NCBI GenBank assembly: GCA_046294935.1
Contig: JBKBOI010000001.1
Span: 4,633-68,632, forward strand
Length of the DNA stretch: 64,000 nt
Reading direction: 5' to 3'
Source: Rhodocyclaceae bacterium
Lineage (GTDB): Bacteria; Pseudomonadota; Gammaproteobacteria; Burkholderiales; Rhodocyclaceae
Of the stretch, positions 55,224 to 64,000 are shown in pieces. The position numbers and the translations under genes were made by a program. How positions within the stretch are numbered: the stretch's first letter is position 1; each line of letters opens with the position of its first letter. The notes beneath the pieces are model-generated. The model was not told the DNA's origin. It did not search any database and worked only from the letters and a program-made list of their open reading frames with translations.

Positions 55224-56018
55224 TCAGACCGCCACGGGCGCCGCGATATGGGGATACGGATCGTAGCCTTCGAGGGTGAAATCTTCGAAGCGGAAGGCGA
55301 AGATGTCCTGCACCTCTGGATTGAGACGCATCGTCGGTAAAGGGCGCGGCTCGCGGGTCAGTTGCAGCCGCGCCTGTTCGAGATGATTGCTGTAGAGGTG
55401 CGCATCGCCCAGGGTATGGATGAATTCGCCCGGCTGCAAACCCACCACCTGCGCGACCATCATCGTCAGGAGCGCGTAGGAGGCGATGTTGAACGGCACG
55501 CCGAGGAAGATGTCGGCGCTCCGCTGGTAGAGCTGGCAAGAAAGCTTCCCATCGGCGACGTAGAACTGAAAGAGCGCGTGGCAGGGGGGCAGCGCCATAC
55601 GGTCGACATCTGCAGGGTTCCACGCCGTGACGATGTGCCGGCGCGAGTCCGGGTTTTTCTTCAAACCCTCGATCAGTTGCGCGATCTGGTCGATCTCGCC
55701 GCCATCGCGTGCCGGCCAGTGGCGCCACTGGTGGCCATAGACCGGGCCGAGATCACCGTTCGCATCGGCCCACTCGTCCCAGATCGTCACCTTGTGCTCG
55801 TTGAGCCAGCGGATGTTGGTATCACCACGCAGGAACCACAACAGCTCGATGATGATCGAGCGTAAATGCAGCTTCTTGGTGGTGAGCACCGGAAAGCCCT
55901 GCGCGAGGTCGAAGCGCATCTGCCAGCCGAACACCGAGCGCGTGCCGGTGCCGGTGCGGTCGGCCTTTTCGTGCCCGTGCTCCAGCACATGGCGCATCAG
56001 ATCGAGATATTGACGCAT
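55224..56018 (-). CDS. thyA: Thymidylate synthase
   Basis: [31 protein letters not shown] motifs; true start MRQYLDL. Confidence 0.97.
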   Translation of the reverse strand: MRQYLDLMRHVLEHGHEKADRTGTGTRSVFGWQMRFDLAQGFPVLTTKKLHLRSIIIELLWFLRGDTNIRWLNEHKVTIWDEWADANGDLGPVYGHQWRHWPARDGGEIDQIAQLIEGLKKNPDSRRHIVTAWNPADVDRMALPPCHALFQFYVADGKLSCQLYQRSADIFLGVPFNIASYALLTMMVAQVVGLQPGEFIHTLGDAHLYSNHLEQARLQLTREPRPLPTMRLNPEVQDIFAFRFEDFTLEGYDPYPHIAAPVAV

Positions 56019-56045
56019 AATCCTGGCGATTATAAGGGCCGCCCC

Positions 56046-57482
56046 ATGAACAGACTGCCAAAACTCACCGTTGCCGCTTCCCCCAAGTCGAGCCACCGTC
56101 TGATCCTTTTTCCGGCCGGACAGTCGCTGCCGGCCGGGCTGCCGGAACGCGATTTCTGGCTGAGCGTACTCGATCGCAAGGGCATGAAGGCCGGGGAACT
56201 GGCCAAAACGCCACTCGCTGCCGACCTGCCCGATGGCACGCGCATCGCACTGGCGATGATCGATGCCGCGAAGCCACGCTTCGCGCGGCTCACGGCACTG
56301 CGCAAAGCCGTGATGCTGCTGCTGGAGGAATCGCCGAAGAAGCTCGACATCGTGCCGCAGGGCCTCGATGACGAGGCGCTCGCCGACGCGCTCTACGTCG
56401 CGCTCGTCAATAGCGTCCCGCTGCCGCAGCAAAAAAAGGAGAAGCCGAAGGCGCTGGCAGAGATCATCGTGCCGTGCCGTCCCGCCAGCGCCGACTTTTG
56501 CATCGCCCTCGCAAGCGCCAACCTGCTGGCGCGCGAACTCACCGCGCTGCCGCCCAACCGACTCGACCCGACACATTACCGCGAGCGCCTGCGCGCGCTG
56601 GCAAAAGAGAAGAAGTTCACCATCGAGGAATACGATTTCAAGAAGCTGAAGAAAATGGGCGCGGGCGCTTTCTGCGCCGTCGCGCAAGGCAGTGATGGCG
56701 ACGGTGGCGGCGCGGCGATCGTGCATCTTTCCTGGCAGTCGAAACAGGCCGCGAAACAGGTCGCGCTGGTCGGCAAGGGCATCTGCTTCGATACCGGCGG
56801 GCACAATCTCAAGCCGGCGAAATACATGGCCGGCATGCACGAGGACATGGCCGGCTCGGCGGTGGCGCTGGCCCTCCTTTGCGCCGTTGCGGAACTGAAG
56901 CTGCCAATCGCGATCGACTGCTGGCTCGCCATCGCCCGCAACCACATCTCGCCGCTGGCCTATGCACAGGGCGACATCGTGAAAGCCCTCGATGGCACGA
57001 CGATCGAGGTCGTCCACACCGACGCGGAAGGGCGCATGGTGCTCGCTGACACCCTGGCGCTGGCGGCGAAAGGCAAGCCGCAGCTCATCATCGATTTCGC
57101 AACATTGACCGGCAGCATGATCACCGCGCTCGGCACACGCTATTCGGGCGTCTTTGCCACCAGCGATGAGCTCGCGGCACAGGCCGTCGCGGCAGGACGC
57201 GCCAGCGGCGAGCGCATCTGCGTCTTCCCGCAAGACGAGGATTACGAGACGGCGCTGGAATCGAAGGTCGCCGACGTCAAGCAATGCGCGCTCGAAGGCG
57301 AGGCCGACCACATCCTCGCCGCGCGCTTCCTTTCCCGTTTCGTCGGCCCAACACCGTGGCTGCACGTCGACCTGTCGGCCGCAAGCTGCCAGGGAGGGCT
57401 GGGCGCGGTGGCCACCGACACCACCGGCTTCGGTGTCAGTTGGGGCTTGGTCTTGTTGCGCTCTTGGGCCGGAACGCCTTGA
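56046..57482 (+). CDS. M17 leucyl aminopeptidase family protein
   Basis: [33 protein letters not shown] motifs. Confidence 0.9.
   Translation: MNRLPKLTVAASPKSSHRLILFPAGQSLPAGLPERDFWLSVLDRKGMKAGELAKTPLAADLPDGTRIALAMIDAAKPRFARLTALRKAVMLLLEESPKKLDIVPQGLDDEALADALYVALVNSVPLPQQKKEKPKALAEIIVPCRPASADFCIALASANLLARELTALPPNRLDPTHYRERLRALAKEKKFTIEEYDFKKLKKMGAGAFCAVAQGSDGDGGGAAIVHLSWQSKQAAKQVALVGKGICFDTGGHNLKPAKYMAGMHEDMAGSAVALALLCAVAELKLPIAIDCWLAIARNHISPLAYAQGDIVKALDGTTIEVVHTDAEGRMVLADTLALAAKGKPQLIIDFATLTGSMITALGTRYSGVFATSDELAAQAVAAGRASGERICVFPQDEDYETALESKVADVKQCALEGEADHILAARFLSRFVGPTPWLHVDLSAASCQGGLGAVATDTTGFGVSWGLVLLRSWAGTP
56474..56499 (+). repeat. 26-bp dispersed motif copy, intragenic in the M17 peptidase (CRPASADF)
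   Basis: GTGCCGTCCCGCCAGCGCCGACTTTT. Confidence 0.85.
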
Positions 57483-57990
57483 CCACCGCCTCGTTCGTTT
57501 CGATATACGGCCCGCCGATCAAATCGATGCAATAAGGCACGGCAGCGAAGACGCCATCGAGTGTCTCCTTGATCGCCTTGGGCTGACCCGGCAGATTCAG
57601 GATCAGCGTCTTACCCCGAATGACGCCCACCTGTCGCGAGAGGATCGCGGTGGGTACATATTTCAAGCTCACCGCGCGCATCGCTTCGCCAAAGCCCGGC
57701 ATCACCTTGTGCGCGACCGCCAGTGTCGCCTCAGGGGTGACATCGCGCGGCGCAGGTCCCGTGCCGCCGGTGGTCAGCACCAGATGGCAGCCCACCGTGT
57801 CGCATAGCTCGATGAGCGTGGCTTCGATCACCGGCTGCTCGTCGGGAATCAGCCGGCTCTCCATGCGCCAGGGCGAAGCGAGCGCAGCGGAGAACCATTC
57901 CTTGAGCGCCGGAATACCCTTGTCCTCATAGACACCGGCAGACGCCCGGTCGGAGATCGAGACCAGGCCGATCAGCAGTTCATTGTCCAT
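57436..57990 (-). CDS. mog: Molybdopterin adenylyltransferase
   Basis: [31 protein letters not shown] motifs. Confidence 0.93.
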   Translation of the reverse strand: MDNELLIGLVSISDRASAGVYEDKGIPALKEWFSAALASPWRMESRLIPDEQPVIEATLIELCDTVGCHLVLTTGGTGPAPRDVTPEATLAVAHKVMPGFGEAMRAVSLKYVPTAILSRQVGVIRGKTLILNLPGQPKAIKETLDGVFAAVPYCIDLIGGPYIETNEAVVKAFRPKSATRPSPN

Positions 57991-58465
57991 CGAGATTTCT
58001 CAATACACGGAAGAGTTCGCGGAATGCGCGCGGCGGCTTGCCCGTCTGTTGCTCTTTCAGGGCATTCCTGCGCAGCTGGCGCAGCTGCTGGAGATCGGCC
58101 CCCGGATGCTCGGCGGCGATCTCGGCGATGACCGTTTCGTCGGCGAGAAAACGCGCGCGAAGTCGCTCGAGCGCATGCTGGCGGGCGTTGGCGGCGGCGG
58201 AGATGCCTTTGATGTCATCGAGCGCGGCGCGGATCGGCGCGGCATCGAGGCTGCGCATCAGCCGGCCGATGTATTGCAGCTGACGGCGGCGTGCCTCGTG
58301 TTGCGTGAAGCGCTGCGCGTCGCGCACCGCATCGCGCAGCTCATCGGGCAGATCGATCTTCTTCAGCTGATCGGCGGAGAGCGCGACCAGCTCCTCGCCC
58401 AGCGCCTGCAGCTCGTGCATCGCCCGCTTGACTGCGCTCTTGCTGGGTTTTTCGTTTGCTTCCAC
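57980..58465 (-). CDS. yjgA: Ribosome biogenesis factor YjgA/DarP
   Basis: SKSAVKRAMHELQALGEEL and RRRQLQYIGRLMR motifs; divergent from pmbA. Confidence 0.9.
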   Translation of the reverse strand: MEANEKPSKSAVKRAMHELQALGEELVALSADQLKKIDLPDELRDAVRDAQRFTQHEARRRQLQYIGRLMRSLDAAPIRAALDDIKGISAAANARQHALERLRARFLADETVIAEIAAEHPGADLQQLRQLRRNALKEQQTGKPPRAFRELFRVLRNLDGQ

Positions 58466-58503
58466 GGGTAAGATTATAGCTTTGCACTTTCCATCCCCAT
58501 TCC

Positions 58504-59847
58504 ATGTCCGAGTTCACATTCAGCCTCGATCGATTACGCGAGCTCGCAGCCGACGTGCTGCGCCACGCCCAGCGGCTCGGCGCCAGCGCCTGCGAAACCG
58601 ATGTCTCCGAAGGCATCGGCCAATCCGTCACCGTCAGGAAAGGGGCGGTGGAGACCATCGAGTTCAACCGCGACAAGGGTGTCGGCGTGACGGTCTATCT
58701 CGGCAAACGGCGTGGACACGCCTCGACCTCGGATTTCTCGCCCGCCTCGCTCCAAGCGACGGTGGAAGCAGCGCTCTCGATCGCCCGCTTCACCGCCGAG
58801 GACGACGCAGCAGGTTTGCCGGAAGCCGAACTTCTGGCGACGGAAATGCCGGATCTCGATCTCTATCATCCTTGGGGACTTACGGTCGAGGAAGCGATCG
58901 CGCTCGCCCAGCGCTGCGAGGCCGCCGCTTTCGCGGTCAGCCCCTTGGTCAGCAACTCCGAAGGAGCGACCGTTTCGTCACATGCCGCGCAGTTCGTCTC
59001 TGCCAACAGCATGGGGTTCATGGGCGGCTACCCTTCGACACGCCATTTCATCTCCTGCGTGCCGATCGCGCAGCGGGGCGACGAAATGCAACGTGACGAC
59101 TGGTACTCTGCCCATCGCGACCCGGCGGATCTCTCCTCCCCCGAGGCGATCGGCGACTATGCCGCGCGCCGCGCCCTCTCCCGTCTCGGCGCGCGCAAGC
59201 TCGAGACCCGCCAATGTCGGGTGATGTTCGAAGCACCGCTCGCCGCAATGCTGATCGCCAGTTTCGTCCATGCGGCTTCCGGTGGCAGCCTCTACCGCAA
59301 GGCGAGCTTCCTCGTCGATGCGCTGGGAAAGCGTATCTTTCCTGACTGGATGCGCATCGAGGAACGGCCACACCTTCCCAAAGGTCTCGCCTCCAGCCCT
59401 TTCGACGACGATGGCGTGGCAACCCACGACCGCACGGTGGTCGCGGACGGTATCCTGCAAGGCTATTTCCTGTCGACCTACACCGCTCGCAAGCTGGGGC
59501 TGCAAACCACTGGCAATGCCGGCGGCAGCCATAACCTGATCGTCTCACCCAGCCCCGACGCACCCGCCGATTTCGCCGGCTTGCTCGAAGCCTTCGGCAC
59601 CGGCTTGCTGGTGACCGAGCTCTTGGGCCACGGCATCAATTACGTGACCGGTGATTACTCGCGCGGCGCGGCGGGCTTCTGGGTGGAAAACGGCGAAATC
59701 GCCTATCCGGTGCATGAGATCACCATCGCCGGCAACCTCAAAGAGATGTTCGCCGGCATCGAAGCCATCGGTCGCGACACCGTCACCCAGGGCGCACGCA
59801 CGGTCGGCTCCATTGTGGTTAACCGCATGACGATCGCGGGGCGCTGA
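58504..59847 (+). CDS. pmbA: Metalloprotease PmbA (TldE)
   Basis: PFDDDGV, GNAGG, TGDYSRGAAGFWVENG, EITIAGNL motifs. Confidence 0.94.
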   Translation: MSEFTFSLDRLRELAADVLRHAQRLGASACETDVSEGIGQSVTVRKGAVETIEFNRDKGVGVTVYLGKRRGHASTSDFSPASLQATVEAALSIARFTAEDDAAGLPEAELLATEMPDLDLYHPWGLTVEEAIALAQRCEAAAFAVSPLVSNSEGATVSSHAAQFVSANSMGFMGGYPSTRHFISCVPIAQRGDEMQRDDWYSAHRDPADLSSPEAIGDYAARRALSRLGARKLETRQCRVMFEAPLAAMLIASFVHAASGGSLYRKASFLVDALGKRIFPDWMRIEERPHLPKGLASSPFDDDGVATHDRTVVADGILQGYFLSTYTARKLGLQTTGNAGGSHNLIVSPSPDAPADFAGLLEAFGTGLLVTELLGHGINYVTGDYSRGAAGFWVENGEIAYPVHEITIAGNLKEMFAGIEAIGRDTVTQGARTVGSIVVNRMTIAGR

Positions 59848-59938
59848 GGCTTTTTTGCTCTGTCTTTGGGTGTAGTATTTCGCGACCGTTTCGCGCTTCG
59901 CGCGCGCAACGATCCCCAATACACAAAGGAGAAGATGT

Positions 59939-61017
59939 ATGGAACGTCGCAAGTTTCTGCAAAACGCCGGCCTGGCCGGCATCCTGGCCAGCGGCGTCGC
60001 GCCCGCGGTGCATGCCCAGCAGGCGATCCGCTGGCGTCTTGCTTCGAGCTTCCCGAAAGCCCTCGATACGATCTTCGGCGCCGCCGACGTGTTCGCGAAA
60101 AAAGTCAAGGAAATGTCGGGCGGCAAGTTCGAAATTTCCGTCCATGCCGGTGGCGAGCTGATGCCGCCGTTCGGCGTCGTCGATGGCGTCCAGCAGGGCA
60201 CGGTCGAGTGCGCGCACACGGCGCCTTACTACTTCTTCGGCAAGGATCCGACGTTCGCCATGGACTGCGCGATCCCGTTCGGCCTCAACTCGCGTCAGAT
60301 GACCGCCTGGATGTACGAAGGCAACGGCATGAAGCTGTTCCGCGAGTTCTACGCCCAATACAACATCGTCAATTTCCCGATGGGCAACACTGGCGCGCAG
60401 ATGGGTGGCTGGTACCGCAAGGAGATCAAGTCGCTGGCCGACATCAAGGGGCTCAAGATGCGCATCGGCGGCTTCGGCGGCGAGATCCTCAAGGGCATCG
60501 GCGGCGTGCCGCAGAACATTCCCGGCGGCGAGATCTACCAGGCGCTCGAAAAGGGCACCATCGATGCGACCGAGTGGGTCGGCCCCATGACGACATGAAG
60601 CTCGGCTTTTACAAGGTTGCCAAGTTCTACGCCTACCCCGCCTGGTGGGAAGGTGGCCCGCAACTGGTCCTCTACGTCAACAGCAAGGCCTATGAAGCGC
60701 TCTCGGCCGAAAACAAGGCCATCATCGAGTGCGCGGCCGCCCTCGCCCACACCGACATGCAGGCCAAGTACGATGCCAAGAACCCGAAGGCGCTGAAAGA
60801 ACTGGTCGCCGGCGGGACCAAGCTGTTCCGTCTGCCGAAGGAGGTAATGGATGCGGCCTTCCAATACGCAATGCAGTACTACAGCGATCTATCCGGCAAG
60901 AATGCGAACTGGAAGAAGATCTACGAAGATTATTCTGCTTTCCGCAAGGACCAGAATCTCTGGTTCAAGTTCGCCGAGATGGGCTTCGATAGTTACATGC
61001 AGGCGCAGAAGCTGTAA
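59939..61017 (+). pseudogene. dctP: TRAP transporter substrate-binding protein (DctP/TakP-like) with a 1-bp frameshift near 60586; possibly a sequencing error
   Basis: Tat signal RRKFL; N-terminal frame ends EWVGPMTT* at 60598, while another frame continues (H/Y)DDMKLGFYKVAK...WWEGG to 61017. Confidence 0.8.
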
Positions 61018-61036
61018 CCTGCGCTTCCTCCAAACG

Positions 61037-61067
61037 AAAAAACCGCGGCCAGGGCCGCGGTTTTTTT
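61037..61067. terminator. Bidirectional Rho-independent terminator
   Basis: AAAAAACCGCGGCC-AG-GGCCGCGGTTTTTTT between convergent genes. Confidence 0.85.
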
Positions 61068-61073
61068 GCGCGC

Positions 61074-61099
61074 AAAAATCGGCGCTGGCGAGACGGCAC
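61074..61099 (-). repeat. 26-bp dispersed motif copy immediately after the dctM stop codon
   Basis: Reverse complement reads GTGCCGTCTCGCCAGCGCCGATTTTT. Confidence 0.85.
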
Positions 61100-62893
61100 T
61101 CACTGGTTTTTCTTTTCCTTGGCCAACTCTTCGAGCAAGGCGGCGGCCGGATCTTCCTCTTGGCTCTTCGACTGGTCTCGTGGCCCGTCTTCTGTCTGTG
61201 ACCGAGTCTCTCGTTCGTCTTGCGCTGGATTTTCCTCGGGCTGACCGTAATCGTTCGGCGCCACCTCGATCTGGATGGACTCGAGATCGACGGCCTGTTT
61301 CTTTTCCAACCCGCCCATCACCAGTTCGGGTTGAACGACGAGCAGGCCCACGATGACGAGCTGCAGCGCGATGAATGCCACCGCTCCCCGGTAGATCTCG
61401 GCCGTCGTCACGGCAGCGATCCGTTTGCCGGTCACCGTGTCGATGTAGTCGGTTTTTGCGGCGATCGAACGCAGATAGAACAGCGCAAAGCCAAAGGGCG
61501 GCGTCAAGAACGAAGTCTGGAGATTGAAGGCGAGAATGACGCCGAACCAGATCAGATCGATGCCCATTTTTTCGGCGACGGGCGCAAGGAGCGGCACGAC
61601 GATGAAGGCGATCTCGAAGAAGTCGATGAACATGCCGAGCACGAACACCAGGAGGTTGACGATCAGCAGAAAGCCGAGCGCTCCGCCGGGAATGTTCTTG
61701 AACAACCCTTCGACAAACACGTGACCATCGGCGGCATTGAAGGTGAAGGAAAACACCGTCGCACCGATCAGGATGAACAGCACGAAGGTCGACAACCGCG
61801 CGGTGGCCTCGAGCGCTTCCTTGAGGAGTGGCAGCGTCATGCGACGGCGCGCCAGCGCCATGATCAAGGCCCCTATCGCACCCAGCGCGCCGCCCTCGGT
61901 GGGCGTTGCCAAGCCCAGGAAGATCGTGCCCAGCACGAGGAAGATCAGCACCAGCGGTGGAATCATCACGAACACCACCCGTTCGGCCAATCGCGACAGC
62001 AGGCCGAGCTTGAGCAGGCGATTGAGCGAGGCGAACAGAATCGACAGCAGCGCGCCGAAGGTCAGGGCAGCGACGATGCGTTCATCGAGCGGCGCATCGC
62101 CCTCACGGCCGAGCATCGGGTTCAGGATCGCGCCATGGAACTGGCCCCAGATGACCGCGCCAGCGACGCAAACCGTCAATAGCACGAGCAGCGAGCGGTG
62201 GCCGCTGGCGCCATCAGCCTCACGCAGGGTACGGGCTTCAGGAGGCAGCGCAGGGACCCACGTTGGCTTGACGAAGGCGATGACGATGACGAAGGCGGCA
62301 TAAAGCAGGACCGTCAGGAACGCCGGCAGCAGGGCACCGGAATACATGTCACCGACCGAGCGTCCGAGCTGGTCGGCCATTACGATCAGCACCAACGAGG
62401 GCGGCACTGCCTGCGCCAGGGTTCCCGAAGCGACGATGACGCCGGTGGCGATGGGCCGATGGTAGTCATAGCGCAGCATGATCGGCAGGGAGATCAGCCC
62501 CATCGCCATCACCGATGCGGCCACCACACCGGTCGTGGCCGCCAGCAAGGCGCCGACGAAGACCACCGCCAGCGCCAGGCCGCCGCGCACCGGGCCAAAC
62601 AGTTGGCCCACCGTTTCGAGCAGATCCTCGGCCATGCCAGAGCGTTCGAGGATGATGCCCATCAACGTGAAGAACGGTATCGCCAGCAGCGTATCGTTTT
62701 GCATGATGCCGAAGATGCGCAGCGGCAAGGCCTGGAAAAGCGTGGCCGGGAACAATCCAGCCTCCATGCCGAGATAGCCGAAGAAGAGGCCCGTGGCGGC
62801 CAGGCTGAAGGCCACCGGAAAGCCGGTGAGCAAGAACAGCAGCAGGCCGGCGAACAGCAACGGCACGAAATGGGCGGCGATGAATTCCATCAT
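61100..62893 (-). CDS. dctM: TRAP transporter large permease
   Basis: GFPVAFSL, LLAIPFF, SGTLAQAVPPS, TSFLTPPFGFALFYLR motifs. Confidence 0.92.
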   Translation of the reverse strand: MMEFIAAHFVPLLFAGLLLFLLTGFPVAFSLAATGLFFGYLGMEAGLFPATLFQALPLRIFGIMQNDTLLAIPFFTLMGIILERSGMAEDLLETVGQLFGPVRGGLALAVVFVGALLAATTGVVAASVMAMGLISLPIMLRYDYHRPIATGVIVASGTLAQAVPPSLVLIVMADQLGRSVGDMYSGALLPAFLTVLLYAAFVIVIAFVKPTWVPALPPEARTLREADGASGHRSLLVLLTVCVAGAVIWGQFHGAILNPMLGREGDAPLDERIVAALTFGALLSILFASLNRLLKLGLLSRLAERVVFVMIPPLVLIFLVLGTIFLGLATPTEGGALGAIGALIMALARRRMTLPLLKEALEATARLSTFVLFILIGATVFSFTFNAADGHVFVEGLFKNIPGGALGFLLIVNLLVFVLGMFIDFFEIAFIVVPLLAPVAEKMGIDLIWFGVILAFNLQTSFLTPPFGFALFYLRSIAAKTDYIDTVTGKRIAAVTTAEIYRGAVAFIALQLVIVGLLVVQPELVMGGLEKKQAVDLESIQIEVAPNDYGQPEENPAQDERETRSQTEDGPRDQSKSQEEDPAAALLEELAKEKKNQ

Positions 62894-63492
62894 TTGCCTG
62901 CTCCGGGGGCTTTTTCGATCTCGGCAAGCTCTTCGGCCCACTCCTCGAGGGTCGAGGACGTGCCATGGCCATGACCGGTCGGATCAGGAATGAGGCCGCG
63001 CAGAAAGGCAGCGCGTTTGATCAGCTCGGAAAGCGCTTGCAGCCCCAGCAGGGCCATGCCCAGCGGCAGGAGTAGATAGACCGGCCAGCGGATCAGACCG
63101 CCGGCGTTTTGCGACATCTCGCCGGTCGTCCAGGCGTTGGCGAACAAGGTCCAGGAAAGGGTGAAGATCAAATAGCAAAATGGCAGCAGGAAGACGATGA
63201 TGCCGATGATGTCGACCCAGGCGCGCAGACGTGGCGAGAAACGGCTGGCGACGAAATCGATGCGCACATGGGCGTTCTTGAGGAAGGCGTGGCCAGCGCC
63301 CAGCAGGAAAACGGCGGAGAACAAATACCACTGCGATTCGAGCAGCGCATTCGAACTCGTCTGGAACAGCTTGCGAACGATCGCATTGCCCCCCGAGATC
63401 AGCACGGCGGCCAGCACGAGCCAGAGGGTCATGGCGCCGATGCGCAAGGAAAGCGCATCGATCAGCTTCGAGACGCGCAACAGGAAATTCAT
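62890..63492 (-). CDS. dctQ: TRAP transporter small permease
   Basis: 4 TM; ESQWYLFSAVFLLGA, HVRIDF, GGLIRWP motifs. Confidence 0.9.
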   Translation of the reverse strand: MNFLLRVSKLIDALSLRIGAMTLWLVLAAVLISGGNAIVRKLFQTSSNALLESQWYLFSAVFLLGAGHAFLKNAHVRIDFVASRFSPRLRAWVDIIGIIVFLLPFCYLIFTLSWTLFANAWTTGEMSQNAGGLIRWPVYLLLPLGMALLGLQALSELIKRAAFLRGLIPDPTGHGHGTSSTLEEWAEELAEIEKAPGAGK

Positions 63493-63653
63493 CGGCCTCC
63501 CTCCTCGGAACATAGGCGATAATGACGGCATCCTTGCTCGTCACCCCCACTTTCTCATGCCCACTCTCTCATCATGCGAATGTTAACGGCTCGCCCCGCG
63601 CTTGGCCATCGAATTGTGGAAATCCGCAACGCGCGACGCGAAGTTTTTGCCCG

Positions 63654-64000
63654 ATGACACGTCTTTGCCTGATTCGTCATGGCGAAACCGACTGGAACGC
63701 CGGCAAACGCATCCAGGGCCAGATCGACATCCCCCTCTCGAGCATCGGCCACGCGCAGGCGCGCGCCGTCGGCAATGCCCTCAAGGACGAAGGGCTCGCG
63801 GCAATCTACGCGAGCGATCTGACACGGACGCGCCAAACCGCGGAAGCGCTCGCCCACCTCGCCCGATTGCCACTCATCCTCGAGGCCGGCCTGCGCGAAC
63901 GCCATTACGGCATTTTTCAGGGACTCACCTACGCCGAATGCGAAGCCCGCCATCCGGCGGCGTATGCGAGCCACAAAGCGCGCGATCCGCGTTTCGCCCC
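63654..64000 (+). CDS. Histidine phosphatase family protein (truncated by window end)
   Basis: MTRLCLIRHGETDWN..RIQGQIDIPL, SDLTR..QTA, LRERHYG; absent from the ORF track because it runs off the end. Confidence 0.88.
   Translation, partial: MTRLCLIRHGETDWNAGKRIQGQIDIPLSSIGHAQARAVGNALKDEGLAAIYASDLTRTRQTAEALAHLARLPLILEAGLRERHYGIFQGLTYAECEARHPAAYASHKARDPRFA

Noticed and set aside
55224-57365. 713-aa ORF suggesting a long N-terminal fusion to ThyA
   Set aside because: The extension is the antisense shadow of the M17 peptidase; real ThyA starts at 56018 (MRQYLDL)
57436-57482. 47-bp convergent overlap of the M17 peptidase and mog
   Set aside because: Short 3' overlaps of non-conserved tails are common; no further evidence of function

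Overview
GC-rich betaproteobacterial chromosome segment; gene content suggests a Rhodocyclales/Sterolibacteriaceae-like sulfur oxidiser (inference). Most of it is housekeeping: a zinc-related ZIP/DUF2796/ABC/DUF3299 cluster, rlmI-xerC-DUF484-dapF, lipid A acyltransferases, metK-[SAH riboswitch]-ahcY-tlyA-metF, yebC-ruvCAB, tol-pal-queEC, dnaE, metG, apbC, dcd, an amino-acid decarboxylase, a glycogen block lying between thyA and folA, an M17 peptidase, mog, yjgA, pmbA and a TRAP transporter with a frameshifted dctP. An accessory sulfur island at about 25.0-36.0 kb carries YeeE/YedE, a secreted Met-rich 25-aa-repeat protein, DUF302, two identical soxYZ copies flanking an ECF sigma factor and a DsrE-like anti-sigma, then soxAXB, with no soxCD in the window. 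The most striking unexplained signal is a non-palindromic 26-bp motif (GTGCCGyNNNrCCAGCGCCGAnTTTn). It occurs at least 13 times on both strands, 8 of them inside unrelated core genes in three different reading frames. This behaviour resembles a DNA uptake sequence, and its 5' end matches the Neisseria DUS. All counts and alignments were done by eye.
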